64,000 nucleotides of DNA. It comes from the human T2T-CHM13v2.0 reference genome, Homo sapiens. The DNA lies in assembly GCF_009914755.1 (NCBI RefSeq), contig NC_060925.1. One strand, 5' to 3'. Every line of letters starts with the position of its first letter. Within the stretch, counting starts at the first letter, position 1. The notes beneath the pieces are model-generated. The model did no database searches. It saw nothing but the letters and a program-made list of their open reading frames with translations, and had not been told where the DNA came from. Made by a program: the position numbers and the translations under genes. Below are positions 1 through 13,502 of this stretch, in pieces.

Positions 1-88
1 AATTACTGCTGGAACTCTTCTTTTTTCCCCACCCCACTCCCAGTAAGTCTCCGGGCCACTGCCTCTGGCATCTTCAGGCCAGTCCTAC

Positions 89-156
89 CTGATCCAATCA
101 GAATTCTGGACGGCCAGCTGACACATGATGAGACGGTGCCGGCTTGACACGAGGCC
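89..156 (-). CDS. NMNAT2: NMNAT2 coding exon 3 (68 nt), [22 protein letters not shown](R)
   Basis: Minus-strand acceptor tgctctgttgcttcccag|GGC and donor ATCAG|gtagga. Translation matches the human NMNAT2 sequence as I recall it and continues in frame (phase 0) from exon 2. Confidence 0.97.
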
Positions 157-1003
157 CTGGGAAGCAACAGAGCAATCATTGGGAGACTCCCTCCGTTCCC
201 CACAACATCCTTGGGATACCAGCCCAAGCCCACCCATTGTTAAAGTGCAGCCATTTTTCAGTGGTGAGAGGGAATGAAGAATGTGACCCCTTTACTTGTC
301 CGTTTGCCACACAGGCAGGCCTGGAATGGTGGTGGGAAAGGAAACAAATAAAGGGTGTGTGGTATATACCACCCCAACAAGGTCGATAGATGAGCCTCCA
401 TTTGCGAAGCAGCCCCTGTGTGCCCTGCAGAGATGAGACTTAACTCAGCAAATGTGGCCTTGTCTTATGGCTCAGTCTGGCTGGTTAGGTGAGTTTCCCC
501 AGAGCCCACCAAGGTGCATCTGTGGGAGAAAGGGGGAATGATGGGTGGAGCTCCTAGATTTGCCGGGACACGTGGCAGGGAGGGATGAGCAGGGATATGA
601 ATTTTAAATCAGATTATAAAAGGCATAGGCCGTTTTCTCCTAAAATCCTGAGAAGACTTGCCCAGTGCAGCTCAACCCATAACCAGCTGCCAATCTGGCA
701 TCCACCATACCAAGCCACACCCAGTGGGTGTTCCTGCTCCTCTTTCAGTGAGTCCTGACCAGCCCGTAAGTGGCTCTACGGTCATGGACAGCTGGTCTTT
801 CCAGCTACTGCTTCAACGCCCATCCACTCAGGTCCGACTGTGGTCCTGAGATGGGAAGCAGGATAGACGCATGGACCTGGGCATTTTGTGTTTCCAGGAA
901 TCTTAGCAGAGACAGAGCGGGGGCAGTTTTTCTGCCAGGAACTATCAGGCCAGGGATGGGGGGACGGGGATTGAAGAGGAGAGGGGCACAGGAAGGAACC
1001 CAC
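157..1003 (-). other. NMNAT2: NMNAT2 intron 2 (847 bp, GT-AG)
   Basis: Bounded by the exon 2 donor and exon 3 acceptor. Confidence 0.95.
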
Positions 1004-1092
1004 CTGTTTTCCATAGGAGTCGTGGACAGGGGAGACAATCCCGCCAATCACAATAAACCTTCCAGTTTTGTGCAGATAATCCCTGGCTCTTT
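1004..1092 (-). CDS. NMNAT2: NMNAT2 coding exon 2 (89 nt), (E)[29 protein letters not shown]
   Basis: Acceptor tttcttctcttaattag|AAAGAG and donor AAACAG|gtgggt. Phase-1 start; contains the NMNAT-family SPVHDSYGK motif (partly shown in ORF 782..1051). Confidence 0.97.
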
Positions 1093-1809
1093 CTAATTAA
1101 GAGAAGAAACCCACACATTATAAAGAGGAAAGGCATGGATTAAAGGTGATAATTGAAATCAATACGCTCAGCTCTGTAATGCTGGGGTTTATTTCCCATC
1201 TCTCTTGCCATTTAAATAGAAAATGTCAACTTTCAAAGCAAATGTTGGTGATTCAAAAGGTTACAGAACCAGATTTCAGCCCCCAAAGCAAAAGGATTTA
1301 GAACTCAAGGAGATTCATCCTGTTTTAAAAGTCCTCTGTGGGAGGAGCCAGTGTAGCTCAGAAGGATTTAAAACAAGCGCCTCATTAGCAGCCATTAGAG
1401 CTACAGATTGGAATTTACCCCTATTGTCACTTGCAGGAGTTATAATGTGGAGGAGTAGTATTTAAAAAATAAATAAATAAAAGCCTCCTTATAATATGAA
1501 AGATGTGCTGATTGCCTCAGCTAATTATTCAGAAGAGAAAAACCACCAAAACAAATTTAAAGGGCCTTGTAGATAATTACAAAGAATTAGCAATCAACCC
1601 AGAAGACCACCATCTTAGACTTGGTTGAGACGAAAAATTTGGCCAGATAAAAGCCTTTTATCCTTTGGAAGGTATGCAATATTGCTTTTTCAAATCTATC
1701 AGACAAACCCAATTTTATTTTCGCAATAAATTTCGGCAAACAAGGAAGGGACTGAAAAGTCTGGTTCTATCTTACTTCCAAAACAATTCCTTCTAAGAAT
1801 GTCAACAGG

Positions 1810-2132
<323 letters not shown>

Positions 2133-2295
2133 TTATTCCACTGAGGAAAAATCTAGCATGGAGTTTATAGTGAAGGAATTTTTAAGTAGAAGGCGGCCTG
2201 GGCAGCAAAGCTGGCTGTGTAGTTTACAAGCAAGTTTTCAGAATTACTTTGCTGGACTTCTTAACACTTGAAAAAAGATCTCACCATATTTGCTT

Positions 2296-2600
2296 CTTTT
2301 TCTTTCTTTCTTTGTTTTTTGAGACAAAGTCTCACGCTGTCACTTAGGCTGCAGTGCAGTGGTGCGATCTTGGCTCACTGCCACCTCTACCTCCTGGGTT
2401 CAAGCAATTCTCATGCCTCAGCCTCCCAAGTAGCTGAGATTACAGGCATGAGCCACCATGGTTGGCTAATTTTTGTATTTTTAGTAGAGACGGGTTCCAC
2501 GTGTCGGCCAGGCTGGCCTCAAACTCCCGGCCTCAAGTGATCTGCCTGCCTTGGCCTCCCAAAATGCAAGGGTTACAGGCATGAGCCACGGCACTTGGCT
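2296..2600 (-). mobile_element. Alu
   Basis: Reverse-complement dimer; TSD gcttcttttt. Confidence 0.95.
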
Positions 2601-2644
2601 GCTTCTTTTTCTTTCAATGTGAAATTTCTTAGATTAAAAAAAAA

Positions 2645-3790
<1,146 letters not shown>

Positions 3791-3821
3791 TGTGTCACTC
3801 TGATAAGTGTGTCACATTTGC

Positions 3822-4114
3822 TTTTTTTTTTTTGACGGAGTCTAGCTCTGTTGCCCAGGCTGGAGTACAGTGGCACCATCTTGGCTCACTGCAACCTCCG
3901 CTTCCTGGGTTCAAGTGATTCTTGTGCCTCAGCCTCATAGGTAGCTGGGATTACAGACGTGCACCACCATACCCAGCTAATTTTTTTATTTTTTAGTAGA
4001 GATGGGGTTTCACCATGTTAGCCAGGCTGGTCTTGAACTCCTGACCTCAGGTGATCTGACCACCTCAGTCTCCCAAAGTGCTGGGATTACAGGCATGAGC
4101 CACCGCACCCAGCC
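3822..4114 (-). mobile_element. Alu (AluS)
   Basis: Full dimer; TSD atttgcttttt. Confidence 0.95.
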
Positions 4115-4684
4115 CCATATTTGCTTTTTAAAAGAGTTGTAGTACTTCACTTGTTTTCAGATCTTATTCTGAGGCCAAATTAAAGGCCTTGCAACAATCT
4201 ATTCTGATATTTGAAGAAATTGCACAGCCTCTCCCTGTTTCTCTTGGACCTTCACACTCCGGTCCTCTTCGGGGTCATTTCTATCTGGCCCTTGGCAGTC
4301 ACAGACCCTCTGCTGCAATAAGCCAGAACTTCTTTACTCTCCCTGTCTTCCAAATAGTGCCTTCTAACTCTTCACTTCCCAAGCACTTCATTCAAACCCA
4401 GCTCTACCCTACCCCACATCTAGCATGCCTTCCCTGCCCAACATCCTCCTGCTCTGGACTTATTTCCCGGCCACCTCACTAATCTCACTGTGTATCCAGT
4501 GCAGTCCAAGGGACCTGGAAACTGTTTCTGTAAAATGCCTTCTTTGCAAAGTTGTTGTGAGGATCAAATCAAATTACGAAAGTAAAAGTGCATAGCGCTA
4601 AGTGGTTTTACTGGAGAATTCCACATAAAGAACTAAAACCAAGTCTACATAAACTCTTCTAGAAAGTAGAAAAGGAAGGAACCC

Positions 4685-4978
<294 letters not shown>

Positions 4979-6332
4979 TAGGAAAGAACACTTTTCAATT
5001 TATTTTATAAAGCCAGTATTACCCTGATATCAAAACCAGGCAAAGATAGTACAAAGAAGAAACTACAGGCCAATATCCTTTATGATTGAATACTCAAAAA
5101 TCCTTAACAAATGTTAGCAAATAGAATCCAGCTATATATAGAAAGAATTATACACTGTGACTAAGTGGTGTATATTCCAGGGATACAAGGCTGTTTTTTC
5201 AGTATTTGAAAAATCATTCAATGTAATCCACCAGCAAGCTAAAGAAAAATCTCATGATCCTATCAATTGATGCAGAAAAAGCGTTTGACAAAATTCAACA
5301 TTCATTCATGACAAAAACTCTCAGTATAATAGGAATAGAAAGAAATGTCCTCGACTTGACAAAGAGCATCTGCAAAAACCTGCAACTAACATCATACTTA
5401 GTGGTGAAAGACCGAATGCTTTCTCCCTAAAATGAAGAACAAGGAAGGAAGTGTGCTCTCATTGCTGTTATTCAACCAGAAGTTCTAGTGCACACCATAA
5501 GGCAAGAAAAGGAAATAAAAGGCATACAGATAAAAAAAGGAAAATAAAAAAACCTGTCTCTATTTGTAGATGACTTGATGATCTACCTAGAAATCCCAAT
5601 AAATTTACAAGGAAACTCCAGCAACTAATAAGTGAGCTCAACAAGGTCATAAGTTACAAGATCAACATAAGAAAATTAATTGCATTTCCATATGCTAGCA
5701 ACAAACAAAATCAAAATAAAAATACAAAGCAAATGTTAATCAATTCAATGAAATACTTAGGTATAAATATAATAAAACATATACAGGGCTTGTATGTTAA
5801 AAACTACAAGATGCTGATGAAAGAAATCAAAGAAGATCTAAATAAATGTAGAGACCTATGCATTTTAAATCTTAACTGAGAGTCCTTTTCAAGGATGCCT
5901 TCAACCCTTTATTCCCATATGCACTGTATCTATGTTGCCTCTGTGAACACAGGAACATATATTTGAATTCAGCGCCACAACAAGTAGCAGAAGATGCTGA
6001 CAATCCTGAATTTATTTGGGTGATCATGCTTCTATTGAGTTGGATGGCATAGTCTAGTGGTTAGGAACAACAACAACAACAACAAGAGACATACTATGTT
6101 ATGGATTGGAAGATGCAACACAGTCAAGATGCTAATTCTCCCCAAAATGATATGAAATTTAATGTATTTCTTGTCAAAATCACAACAAGATTTGTTAAAG
6201 TGTTAATATCAACAGAATTCTAAAATGTGTATGGAAAGTTATAGGAGCTAGAATAGTTCATAGCAGCTTTATTTGTAATAATCAAATACGGGAAACAACC
6301 CAAATGTCCTACGATAGGTAAATGGTTAACTA

Positions 6333-6738
<406 letters not shown>

Positions 6739-6831
6739 TTAGTTCATTATTCTGAGTGAAGAAAAGGCAATCTCAAAAGTTTGCTTATTGTATGATTTTA
6801 TTTATATAACATGGTCAAAAAGTTGTTTAAA

Positions 6832-6964
6832 AGCCTGGACATTTCGGCTCATGCTTATAATTCCAACATTTTGGGAGGCTGAGGCAGGAGGCTCGCTTGA
6901 CCTAGGAGTTCATGACCAACATGGGCAACATAGTGAGACCTCTGTCTCTTAAAAAAAAAAAAAA
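6832..6964 (+). mobile_element. Alu left monomer (FLAM-like)
   Basis: Single left-arm sequence followed by a poly(A) tail. Confidence 0.8.
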
Positions 6965-7215
6965 GGTGTTAAAGGTGTTAAGAAGATTAATGCTTTCCAG
7001 GGGTTAGGGATGGTGGGTCAGGGAAAGGGGTGGGTATGACTGTAAAGCTGTAGCTTGTGGGAGATCTTTGTGGTAATGGGCTAGTTCTATAGCTTACTTG
7101 TGTTGGTTCTGTAAATCTACCCTTTTGATAAGATAACATATAAACTATACATACACCTTTTACCAATGTCAATGTTCTCATTTCGATATTCTACTATAGT
7201 TATAGAAAATAGAAC

Positions 7216-7897
<682 letters not shown>

Positions 7898-8179
7898 GTA
7901 ACCACTAGGGGAAACTGGGTGAAGAGTACATGGTATCTCTCTGTATTAATCTTGCAACTTCCTGCAAATCTATAGTTATCTCAGAAAAAAAGTTTTTGAA
8001 ATGTTCATGATAAATTATAGAACACTGCAATTTTAAGGTGGTGGTGTGCAAACCCAGGCAGTGGCAAGCAAGCTGGAGGAGTTAGATGCTTCTGAAACTT
8101 TATTTCTGTTCATACCTTTCCAGCTTTGCTGCTGTCTAGATTAGAAGATTTTGGTTTGTTACATTGTGGGTTGTGTTGT

Positions 8180-8575
8180 CTAAAGCTGTGCTTCTTAAAC
8201 TTTGATGTGCATATGAATCCTCTGGGGGTCTTTTTAGAATATAGATTCTGATTCTATGGGTCTGGGATGGAACCTGAGATCAGAGTCAAGATTGGCATGA
8301 GATAAGTGGGGCAGGATTGTTTAAGTGCTGAGTCAGATCTCGCCTTTATTTAAAATGTTGATATTTTGTTTATCAAGGATTTTTTGCAGTGATTTTGATA
8401 TTTTAAAATATTGTTTATTTTGATTACTGAGTTTGGGGGCACCTCCTTACATTTTGCACTAGAGGAGGCCATCTCTCACCCTAGTCCCAGGCTTTGCCTG
8501 AGATTCAGCATTTCTGGCAAGCTCCCAAATGAGACCAAGGCTGCAGGTCTGCAGATTATATTTTAAACAGCAAGC
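8180..8575. mobile_element. MER5A-like hAT-Charlie DNA transposon, split by a nested element
   Basis: cttcttaaactttgatgtgcatatgaatc...tctgggatggaacctgagat resumes after 8497 as tcagcatttctggcaagctccc. Confidence 0.7.
8281..8496. mobile_element. MER96B-like hAT DNA transposon
   Basis: AT-rich core and terminus ctcaccctagtcccagg; 8-bp TSD cctgagat at 8273-8280 and 8497-8504. Confidence 0.75.
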
Positions 8576-9742
8576 GACTAAAGACAGGTGGAGCAGCCCC
8601 TGCCATGTTAGAATACCCACAAAAGAGGCTCTCCTCCCTTCCCCACTCCACCACCATCTCCAACTTGCATGACAAGGGCATTTCTGCACATTAGTAGAAA
8701 GCCAGCCCATTGGCAAAGCTGTAGCTATGGCCCTGGAATTTAATTTCATGCCAGGCTTCCCAAAATGAGGTCTATTTTTGTCCATCAGTTCTGCCCCAAA
8801 GAAGGAGCCAAATTACTCTAACATTAGACATGCAAGTCAGACCCGCTCTGCATTTGGTCACCATCTTTGCTCCTGTGCTCATGGAGGAGGACTCCATGAC
8901 CGTTGCCACATCCTGTCCTCAGGACCCTGAGGGTCCACTGTGTCTCATGGCTCATTCCAGGCCACTTGGAACCAGGTAAATCTCCCTTCCTTATAGCCTG
9001 TGCTGGATGCTTGGATGTCCAGCCAAGGACAGACACAATATGAGTGATTTACCCATTAATAAAAATTCATGAGACACACATATCCTCCTGGCTACTCAGT
9101 GAACCTGGCTGACATGTGTAATCTACTCCTTCCTTCTAGGGAGTTAATGGAAGAGTGTTTCTTCCACCGTGGTCACAGCATCAACACTAACTCCATTTTT
9201 CCTTTTCAGCTGCAATTAGAAATGACCCCTTCTGAATTGTAGTCACAGCTGGAGCTGCCTGTATTTTCCCTGTTTGTAAATTTCCCAAAGATTGTCTGGA
9301 TTTGTAAACATTCTAAATTTTAGGAAGACCAAGTGCTGGATGATAAAGGAAGAAATCAAGCTTTGAGTGCCTCTTAGAATTCCTGCTTAGGAGTTAAGAA
9401 AAAAACTTTAAGGAATCATCCCTGTGGCCTACTAAACTGAGCCTTGAGTGTTCCCTAACAAACATTTAATAAGTGCTTATTATGTTGAAGGCTCTGTCCC
9501 AGTCGCTATAAGGGACATAGAGAAGTAAAAGACACAATTCACATCTCCAAGGAGCCCAGGTTTTTGATGCGGGCCACAGCATATACTTTGCTGAAATAAT
9601 AAGATACCAAAATGAACAGCAGAGACATTAAGTGCTATAGGACTTCAGGGAGGGAGTCATCCCACTGGGACGGGGTGGCCTAGGAAGTCTTCCTAGAACA
9701 GATTAGACCTAAGCTAGAATCCAACAGCAGAGAAGAGGAAGG

Positions 9743-10334
9743 TGTTATTAACTTTGTCTTTTTATTTTCTGTATTTTGATGTTTGACATCTGGGGACTTG
9801 CTGACCCTTGAAGGGAGGAATTATCCCTCTAGCCAATTCCTAGAGATAGCGAATAACTGGCCCTTGAGCACACTTTTCAAATGCAAACCAACCAATCCAG
9901 ACCAACCATGCCCCTAACTACCTTCACTATTGCGCTCTCACACTCAGGGCCACTGTTCCCCTGCCCTAATCTCCCCAGGGCTAGGTACCGAACAACTAGG
10001 GATATCCCCTATGCCCCAGAGGCTGCTGAATTTATTTAAACTAGGCAAAGGAGAGCCTGCCTCACCTGTCATTCCCAGAACCACAATCACATCTTTTGCC
10101 CCTGTTTCTCCACTCCCTCTGCCTTCTGGCTGACCCTGGAGCCTCTGCCCTTGTTTTCCCCACTCCCTCTGCCTTCTGACTGACCCTGGAGCCTCCTTGC
10201 TGGCCCCCTATGACTCAGTGTGCCCCGTCCTCTTGGGACCTGTGAGTATAACAACTTTCTTTTCAACAGCAGCCATCTCCTGATCTGTTGGCCTTGTCAT
10301 ACCTAAAAAATAGTAAAACCTCAATTTTAAAACA
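9743..10334 (+). mobile_element. Solo ERV LTR (MER39/MER34-like, family uncertain)
   Basis: TG...CA termini; TSD gaagg at 9738-9742 and 10335-10339; CCAAT box; internal ~50-bp tandem duplication at 10097-10195. Confidence 0.75.
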
Positions 10335-10609
10335 GAAGGAAGATACTCATTCCAGGGGGACAAAGCGAGGTGAGCAGATGAACTGAGTCAGGAACAAAGT
10401 CTCTAAGCCCTACTGAAGCCTCCTTTTCTTGGCTTTATTTGTTTGAAAAGCAATGATATCATTTTCATCCACTGTCACCAAGGGAGTCTCACCCTCCCCC
10501 ACACAGCCTGGAGCAACTTTGCAAAACTGAGGGGAAGAGGCTAGCTGAGAAGAAGGCAGGGAAGAATTAGGCCAAATTAGGAGGGTTTTGAGTGCCAAAC
10601 CAAGTAATT

Positions 10610-10850
10610 AACTTACTGACCATTTGCTGGTGATCTGCTCTGTGTTAGGTGCAGTGTTAGGCACTTGGGTCTGTATTTTCTCATGTTAAATTTCACAGCA
10701 ACTGTGTAAGTTGTTAGGTGATATAATCACTATTTTCCAAATAAGGAAGCCAAGGTTCAGAGTCATTAAGCAGTTTTGCCCGAGATCACAGAGACAGGAA
10801 GTGGCTTTTGGAATTTGAAGTGGGATTTGAACACAGAATTTTTGACTCTA
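10610..10850 (-). mobile_element. MIR
   Basis: Core-like ttttccaaataaggaagccaaggttcagag...gggatttgaac. Confidence 0.7.
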
Positions 10851-11968
10851 AGGTGAGTGCTTATTCGATTTGGTCCTTTAGTCCCAGATCCTTTCGTTCC
10901 AGTCTGGATAGTTTTGGGAAGCAGGGAGCTGGGTGATCACATTCTTCAGGGAGCGTGAAACAGACAATCCTACCAGGCCCTCCCTCTTCAAGTTGTCCAG
11001 CCTAAGCCTTAAGACAGTTTTCCAGTGAGATAGTTCTACTTGAGTCTGAAGTAAGTCTGAAAGCACAGTACGGTCCATGAAGTTTGATCCATATGTGGGA
11101 CCACAGGAGCCTACCATGCCATCCCTTGGAACTGTTAGCTGAGTGGGCTGAGGCTCCCAATAAATACAGGCTAGTTATGGATTTCCTCTCCACAGGGAGC
11201 AATTTTCCTTGCTCTTCCTCCAGCCAGTCAGCCATGCCTAGGCCAGCCATCTACTAACACTTGTCCTCAGACCCCTGGGCGGAGAATGTGGGTACACCAG
11301 CACAATGCCCTCTCTCTGCCCTCATACCCTTTATTCCAATGCACTATGGAGTCAGCATCTTCCCAGGCCTGTGTCTGTGACTCATGATGGCAGCTGGATT
11401 TCCCAATTTACCAATACTTATGTGACTTGTGTCTTGTGTATTTAAGGTTTGAGGCTGGGTGGAAGTTTTCTAGGAAGACAAAGGAACAGGAAGTAGTGGA
11501 AGACATTTTTGGAAAAGCGTGCAGCACGTACAAAGGCATGAAGATATGATATTTTGCAGGTAATGAAGAAAAGAGCAATATGCCAGAAAGAAAGATGTAA
11601 GTAGAAGAAGGTAAGGCTGGAAAGAAAGTGGGGTAGATAGCATGATAGGAACAGGGTTTTCTTAGAAGAAACAATCGATTGCAGAAGGCACATGATGGCA
11701 GCTGGATTTCCCAAGGGGATGATAGGTTACCCACATTTGGTATATTCTTCTACCCAGACTCAGTGGCCAGTGACTGGCCAGCAGAAGGTGCGGGCTGGGC
11801 TTACATGCATATAGGGATCAGGCTGATGTCCCTAAACAGGCATGCACAGAGCAGCCCTGCAAACCTTGAGAAGCTCCGCTGGAGACAGAATCCTGTTTTC
11901 TTGACCATCTGCACCTCCCTCCAGCTGCCCCGCCCTCATGCCATGTGCCTCAGGCTGTCTGAACTCAC

Positions 11969-12038
11969 CTGAGAGAGTAACAAACACTTCCCAGAGCCCC
12001 TGGCAGGCCTGAATTTCCTCTAGTTCCTGGATTTCCAT
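11969..12038 (-). CDS. NMNAT2: Coding part of the alternative first exon (1b) of NMNAT2 isoform 2, MEIQELEEIQACQGLWEVFVTLS + G
   Basis: ATG at 12038, 23 codons plus 1 nt, then consensus donor CAG|GTGAGT. Phase 1 joins exon 2 in frame. Replacing the 28 canonical N-terminal residues with these 23 gives 302 aa, the isoform-2 length I recall. Confidence 0.9.
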
Positions 12039-12760
12039 CTATTTGTCTGGTTTTTGCAGCCACTACTTGCAGCCCTGTGCTGGCCATCAGAGAGTAACAC
12101 AAAGTGGTGCAGCTGCTCCCTCATTGTTGCTGATCTTGTTTGCTCCACTACCTCCAGCTTGGGAGAATTTGAATCCCTTTGTCCTTACAGCCAGGAAATG
12201 ATTTATGACCCTCCCTTCCATAACTGTCACTTCTGCCAGACCATGCTGAGAGAACCTCTCATATGCTCCCGCTTGTAGGAGCCACTCCGGAAGTGTGGCC
12301 TCTGTTCAAATCCTTTCCACTGGAAAAACTACCCCATTCCCATCCCGCATCCTTTCCAAATCAGGCTCCAGGCTTCTTGGAATTCGCCCATTGTTGAAAA
12401 AGCCTTTTTTTTTTTTTTGGTATTTATTTCTTCAGAAATGGAAAGCTAAATATATATGTAAAAATATGACACAAACTAAATATATATGTAAAAATATGAC
12501 ACGAAACCAAGGTTTCCCCTTCAGCGAAACTCAAAAACACATGAGAGAATTCTTTCAGAAACCCACAGACTGTGGTACTAAATATAGCTGGGCAGGGGGT
12601 GGAGTGGGGCAGGGGATAGAGTGGAAGGTGGGGAGGAAGCAATGAAGACAGGAGGAGGACATGTGATGGAGGAGCCCACCTTGGCTCCTCATTAGGGTAT
12701 CAAGTCTGTGTCATTTGCATGGAATCAGGCTCTATTTTTAACTACACGTCTATTTTATTC
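12039..12760 (-). promoter_or_regulatory. Putative 5'UTR and alternative promoter of exon 1b
   Basis: Unique sequence upstream of the ATG with ETS CCGGAAGT (12287-12294), MEF2 CTAAATATAG (12578-12587) and CTATTTTTAA (12732-12741), octamer ATTTGCAT (12713-12720) and a G-tract (12590-12615). TSS cannot be read from sequence. Confidence 0.6.
12446..12505. repeat. 30-bp tandem duplication (ctaaatatatatgtaaaaatatgacac...) x2
   Basis: Directly visible. Confidence 0.9.
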
Positions 12761-12980
12761 TACACTTTTATTAACCTTTCTGAGTACAAGTTTACCATAC
12801 ACGCTTCTTAACATAGGGATAATTCGAGCTTGAAATAGACTTTATCCAGGAGATAGCTGTTTTTCCTGGGTAAAACAGGTGACAGAATATTCAGCATAGA
12901 TTCCTTTTTGCGAAGGTGTGGCAGTGCTGAGGCTGCAGTGCGGGGATTTTTTGAAAGGTCAGTAGTTGCTTTTTCCCTAA

Positions 12981-13400
<420 letters not shown>

Positions 13401-13402
13401 TA

Positions 13403-13500
13403 GGGAACCAGCTGTCCAGGTTTGCAGGGGACTTTCTTGGTTTTAGCACTAAAAATCCCATGTCCTGGGAGACCTTAGTCCCCGACAAACTGTGTTGGTT
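13403..13500. mobile_element. MER94-like DNA transposon fragment
   Basis: aaccagctgtccaggtttg...ggttttagcactaaaaatcccatgtcctggga. Confidence 0.6.
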
Positions 13501-13502
13501 GG

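Noticed and set aside
6046-6066. tRNA-like 5' sequence gcatagtctagtggttagga
   Set aside because: Only ~20 nt, with no anticodon arm, T arm or B box; not a tRNA gene.
4981-6250. L1 ORF2 reverse-transcriptase region as a functional or domesticated gene
   Set aside because: No long + strand ORF in the track; interrupted by stops, deletions and insertions.
11764-11780. Interrupted palindrome tggccagt-g-actggcca
   Set aside because: 8-bp arms are expected about once by chance in 64 kb.
11832-11968. C-terminal 45 residues of ORF 11832..12038 as genuine coding sequence
   Set aside because: Read-through past the consensus donor at 11969/11968; considered only as a hypothetical poison exon.
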